A DNA stretch of 64,000 nucleotides, taken from contig CAVYNY010000010.1 in NCBI GenBank assembly GCA_963769935.1, forward strand, positions 512,001 to 576,000. Reading direction: 5' to 3'. Origin of the DNA: an uncultured delta proteobacterium. Lineage in GTDB: Bacteria; Desulfobacterota; Desulfobacteria; Desulfobacterales; JAFDCJ01. Position numbers and translations under genes: made by a program. Below, piece by piece: positions 61,173-64,000 of this stretch; position 1 is the first letter of the stretch, and each line of letters begins with the position of its first letter. The notes below the pieces were generated by a model. It searched no databases, was not told the origin of the DNA, and saw nothing but the letters and a program-made list of their open reading frames with translations.

Positions 61173-64000
61173 CTAGCTTTTCAATTCGTTTGCCAATTTC
61201 AGGATGCCATCCACGTCAAAATCTTCAGACAGTTGAATGATTTTGTCACAAAAAGGTATCAGAACATTGTCTTCAGACTTCAATTCTTCGGCGATGGCCG
61301 CGGCTTGCATCACATCCCCCATTTCAGCCGCCGCTTTGATGCGATCGGCCGCTTTCTGAGCCAGATTATGCGGTACAACCAGCGTCCCGCCGCCGATCCT
61401 CTCGTTGGTTTTCTTTTCAGCCGTGGGCGCTATGATTTTAACCGCGTCCAGAGCCTGCTCGAGCGCACTTTCCAGTTCTGTTAATTTCCGGTTCAATTCC
61501 TTCTCGGAGGCAGACTTCGCAGTCTGCCCCTTAACAAGTTTTTCCATTGCCACGGCCGCCGCCTGAAGGTCGACGGCGGCCAGATTCCCGGCCAGCCCCT
61601 TCAGGTTGTGGATTAGGCTGTGGGTATGATTAAAATCATTGGCCGCCAAGGCTTCCCGAATTTCGGCGGCGGCGCTGCCGTAGTTGGCGCCGAAATCAAG
61701 CAGCAGCTTGCGGTAAAGGTGTTTGTTGCCCATCAGGCGCGCCAGACCGGCTGCCAGATCGAAGCCCGGCAATGATTCCGGCAGATGATCTTCATCCGGC
61801 TCCGCCTGAACAGCTCCCGCGGATGCATCACTTGCCGGCGGCCCTACTGAGGCGGTTAAACTTTTTTGAACCACGATTCGCCCCGAAACCGGCTTGATCC
61901 ACTTTTGCAGGGCAGCAAACAGCTGGTCCGGATCAATCGGCTTGGTTACGTGATCGTTCATTCCGGCTGCAAGACTCTTTTGTTCGTCACCGGACATGGC
62001 ATGCGCCGTCATGGCGATAATTGGAAGGCCAAAGGCTAAAGGTGAAAGGCTAAAGGTTTCATCGCGGTATTCTGTCTTGTTTCCGCTATCTCCGACTCGC
62101 TGTCCTATGTCCTCTGTCTTCTGACCTATGTCTTCTGCTTGCCGCGCCATAGCCCGGAGGGCGACGGCGGGTCCTCTGTCTTCCGCATTTACACTATGCG
62201 CTATGCTCTTTGCGCTAGGCTTTAAATTTTCAGCTTCCCACATCCGGATTTGCCTTGTGGCCGTGTATCCATCCATCACCGGCATCTGAACATCCATGAG
62301 GACGGCCTCGAATTCCGCTGACTTTACCAGATCGACGGCTTCCTGGCCGTTATTGGCGATGGTGACTGTCAGCCCCGCCCCTTCCAGGATCTCTTTGGCC
62401 ACCTGCTGGTTGATTTCATTATCTTCCACCAGAAGCACCCGGGCTCCATAAATAGCCTTTAGCTGCCCGGCACTCGGTTCATTTGGCCGGCCGGCCGGAG
62501 ATATGTCGTGAAGCTCTTTTCCCAGGGCCTGCATGACGGCATCGAACAGCATCGATGAGCTCACCGGCTTGATCAGAAAACCATCCAATCCGATTTGATC
62601 GGCCTGCCGCATAATGTCTTCCCGACCGTAGGCCGTCACCAGGACGATGGCTGGGATTTTACTCAATTGTTTATGGGTCTTGATGCGCCCGGCGGCTTCG
62701 ATGCCGTCCATGCCCGGCATCTTCCAGTCCATGATGACAAGCTCAAACGGTTTATCCCGGTCCACCCGTTCGATTTCCGCCAGGGCCGCTTGTCCGGAGG
62801 CTGCCAGAAAAACTTCGAATGAAAAAGATTCCAGAATTTCCTGCAGAATTTGGCGGGACGTGGCATTGTCATCCACCACCAGCACCTTCAAGCCTCGGAT
62901 ATCGGGCGACGGCACAAAACGCTTTTTGACCGCATCTTTTCCCAGACCGAAGACGGCCGTAAAATTAAAGGTCGTGCCTTTCCCGGACGCGCTTTCCACC
63001 CAGATCTCGCCGCCCATCAGATTGACCAGGCGCTTGCTGATGGTCAGCCCCAACCCGGTACCGCCGTACTTGCGCGTAGTCGAAGTGTCGGCCTGGGAGA
63101 AGGCCTGGAACAGCTTGGCCTGCTGTTCCGCCGTCATGCCGATGCCCGTATCCCGCACCGAAAACTGAAGGGTAACTTTATCCTCCGACCTCATTTTTAT
63201 CCGGGTGGTCAGCACAATCTCGCCTTGCTCGGTGAATTTTACCGCATTGTTTCCCAGGTTGACCAGGATTTGATTGAGTCTTAACGGATCTCCGACCAGG
63301 AAGTTGGGCACCCGCGAATCGAGGTAGAACAAAACTTCCAGATTCTTTTTTTCCTGCGCTTTGATGGTGATCACATTGGCGACGTTATCCACGGTCTCCG
63401 ATAGATCGAACTCCACGACTTCCATTTCCAGCTTGCCGGCTTCGATTTTTGAGAAATCCAAAATGTCGTTGATGATCCCCAGCAGAGAATTGGCCGAAGA
63501 TTGAATTTTGTTCAAATAATCCTGCTGCTTGGGCGTCAGCTCGGTTTTCAGCGCCAGGTGGGCCATACCGATTACGGCATTCATCGGGGTGCGGATCTCA
63601 TGGCTCATGTTGGCCAGAAAATCGCTTTTGGCCCTGGTGGCGGCTTCGGCCTTAACCTTTTCTTCGTCGAGCTTCTCCATTATGTTAAGCATGGCCGATT
63701 GGGCCTCATCCAGTTCTTTAATGCGTTCATGCAGATCGTTCTCCATTTGTTTGCGCTCGGTAATATCCAGAAATGAGGCCAGGACATCAAGGACATCACC
63801 CTTTTCATCGCGCGTGCAGGCAACGGTTATATTGGTATATACGATTGCGCCGTCCTTGCGGATAAAGCGCTTGTCAAGGGTGTAGTTGTCGATTTGACCG
63901 GTCAGCATCCGTTCGAACTGTTTTACATCGGCAGTGAGATCGTCGGGATGGGTAAGCTCGGCCCAAGTCATCTGGCGCAGCTCATCCAGCGTATAGCCAA
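61173..64000 (-). CDS. Hybrid sensor kinase PAS-HisKA-HATPase-REC-REC-HPt (5' partial)
   Basis: [32 protein letters not shown], two REC domains (DWKMPG, DVQMPV), HPt [10 protein letters not shown]. Confidence 0.95.
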   Translation of the reverse strand, partial: GYTLDELRQMTWAELTHPDDLTADVKQFERMLTGQIDNYTLDKRFIRKDGAIVYTNITVACTRDEKGDVLDVLASFLDITERKQMENDLHERIKELDEAQSAMLNIMEKLDEEKVKAEAATRAKSDFLANMSHEIRTPMNAVIGMAHLALKTELTPKQQDYLNKIQSSANSLLGIINDILDFSKIEAGKLEMEVVEFDLSETVDNVANVITIKAQEKKNLEVLFYLDSRVPNFLVGDPLRLNQILVNLGNNAVKFTEQGEIVLTTRIKMRSEDKVTLQFSVRDTGIGMTAEQQAKLFQAFSQADTSTTRKYGGTGLGLTISKRLVNLMGGEIWVESASGKGTTFNFTAVFGLGKDAVKKRFVPSPDIRGLKVLVVDDNATSRQILQEILESFSFEVFLAASGQAALAEIERVDRDKPFELVIMDWKMPGMDGIEAAGRIKTHKQLSKIPAIVLVTAYGREDIMRQADQIGLDGFLIKPVSSSMLFDAVMQALGKELHDISPAGRPNEPSAGQLKAIYGARVLLVEDNEINQQVAKEILEGAGLTVTIANNGQEAVDLVKSAEFEAVLMDVQMPVMDGYTATRQIRMWEAENLKPSAKSIAHSVNAEDRGPAVALRAMARQAEDIGQKTEDIGQRVGDSGNKTEYRDETFSLSPLAFGLPIIAMTAHAMSGDEQKSLAAGMNDHVTKPIDPDQLFAALQKWIKPVSGRIVVQKSLTASVGPPASDASAGAVQAEPDEDHLPESLPGFDLAAGLARLMGNKHLYRKLLLDFGANYGSAAAEIREALAANDFNHTHSLIHNLKGLAGNLAAVDLQAAAVAMEKLVKGQTAKSASEKELNRKLTELESALEQALDAVKIIAPTAEKKTNERIGGGTLVVPHNLAQKAADRIKAAAEMGDVMQAAAIAEELKSEDNVLIPFCDKIIQLSEDFDVDGILKLANELKS
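62025..62235 (-). repeat. In-frame repeat-derived insertion in the second REC domain
   Basis: Heptamer runs AGCGCAA-AGAGCAT-AGCGCAT, CAGAAGA-CATAGGT-CAGAAGA-CAGAGGA-CATAGGA and CCTTTAG-CCTTTCA-CCTTTAG-CCTTTGG, plus a GC mini-hairpin, between ATRQIR and LPIIAMTA. Confidence 0.85.

Overview
Bacterial chromosomal DNA. The gene content suggests Desulfobacterota (Desulfobacterales-like); this is an inference. From left to right the window holds: (1) a frameshifted GNAT-acetyltransferase region running into an HDAC/AcuC deacetylase; (2) a cluster of two histidine kinases, stand-alone receiver proteins, a DASS transporter and an acyl-CoA transferase; (3) a SEC-C-fused methionine aminopeptidase; (4) a tungstate/molybdate cluster (Mo-storage-like protein, PadR, TiaS-N-like enzyme, tupABC, TaoR-like regulator); (5) a NorR/sigma54-controlled hemerythrin plus qNor unit; (6) an RhlE-like helicase with a leader terminator; (7) a low-GC patch of hypothetical and truncated genes; (8) a GluR0-like channel; (9) a ~26 kb minus-strand envelope gene run (ABM, DUF1254/1214, porin-like gene split by a group II intron, two arylsulfatases, lipoproteins, MscS, FadL, Mla/Pqi); (10) a partial hybrid kinase. 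Many intergenic spaces contain modular, nested, hairpin-forming 7-9-mer repeat arrays, and one such array sits in frame inside a receiver domain. Many ORFs at 1-860 and 39.6-60.7 kb carry small frameshifts, probably long-read indel errors. No rRNA, tRNA or CRISPR array was seen.
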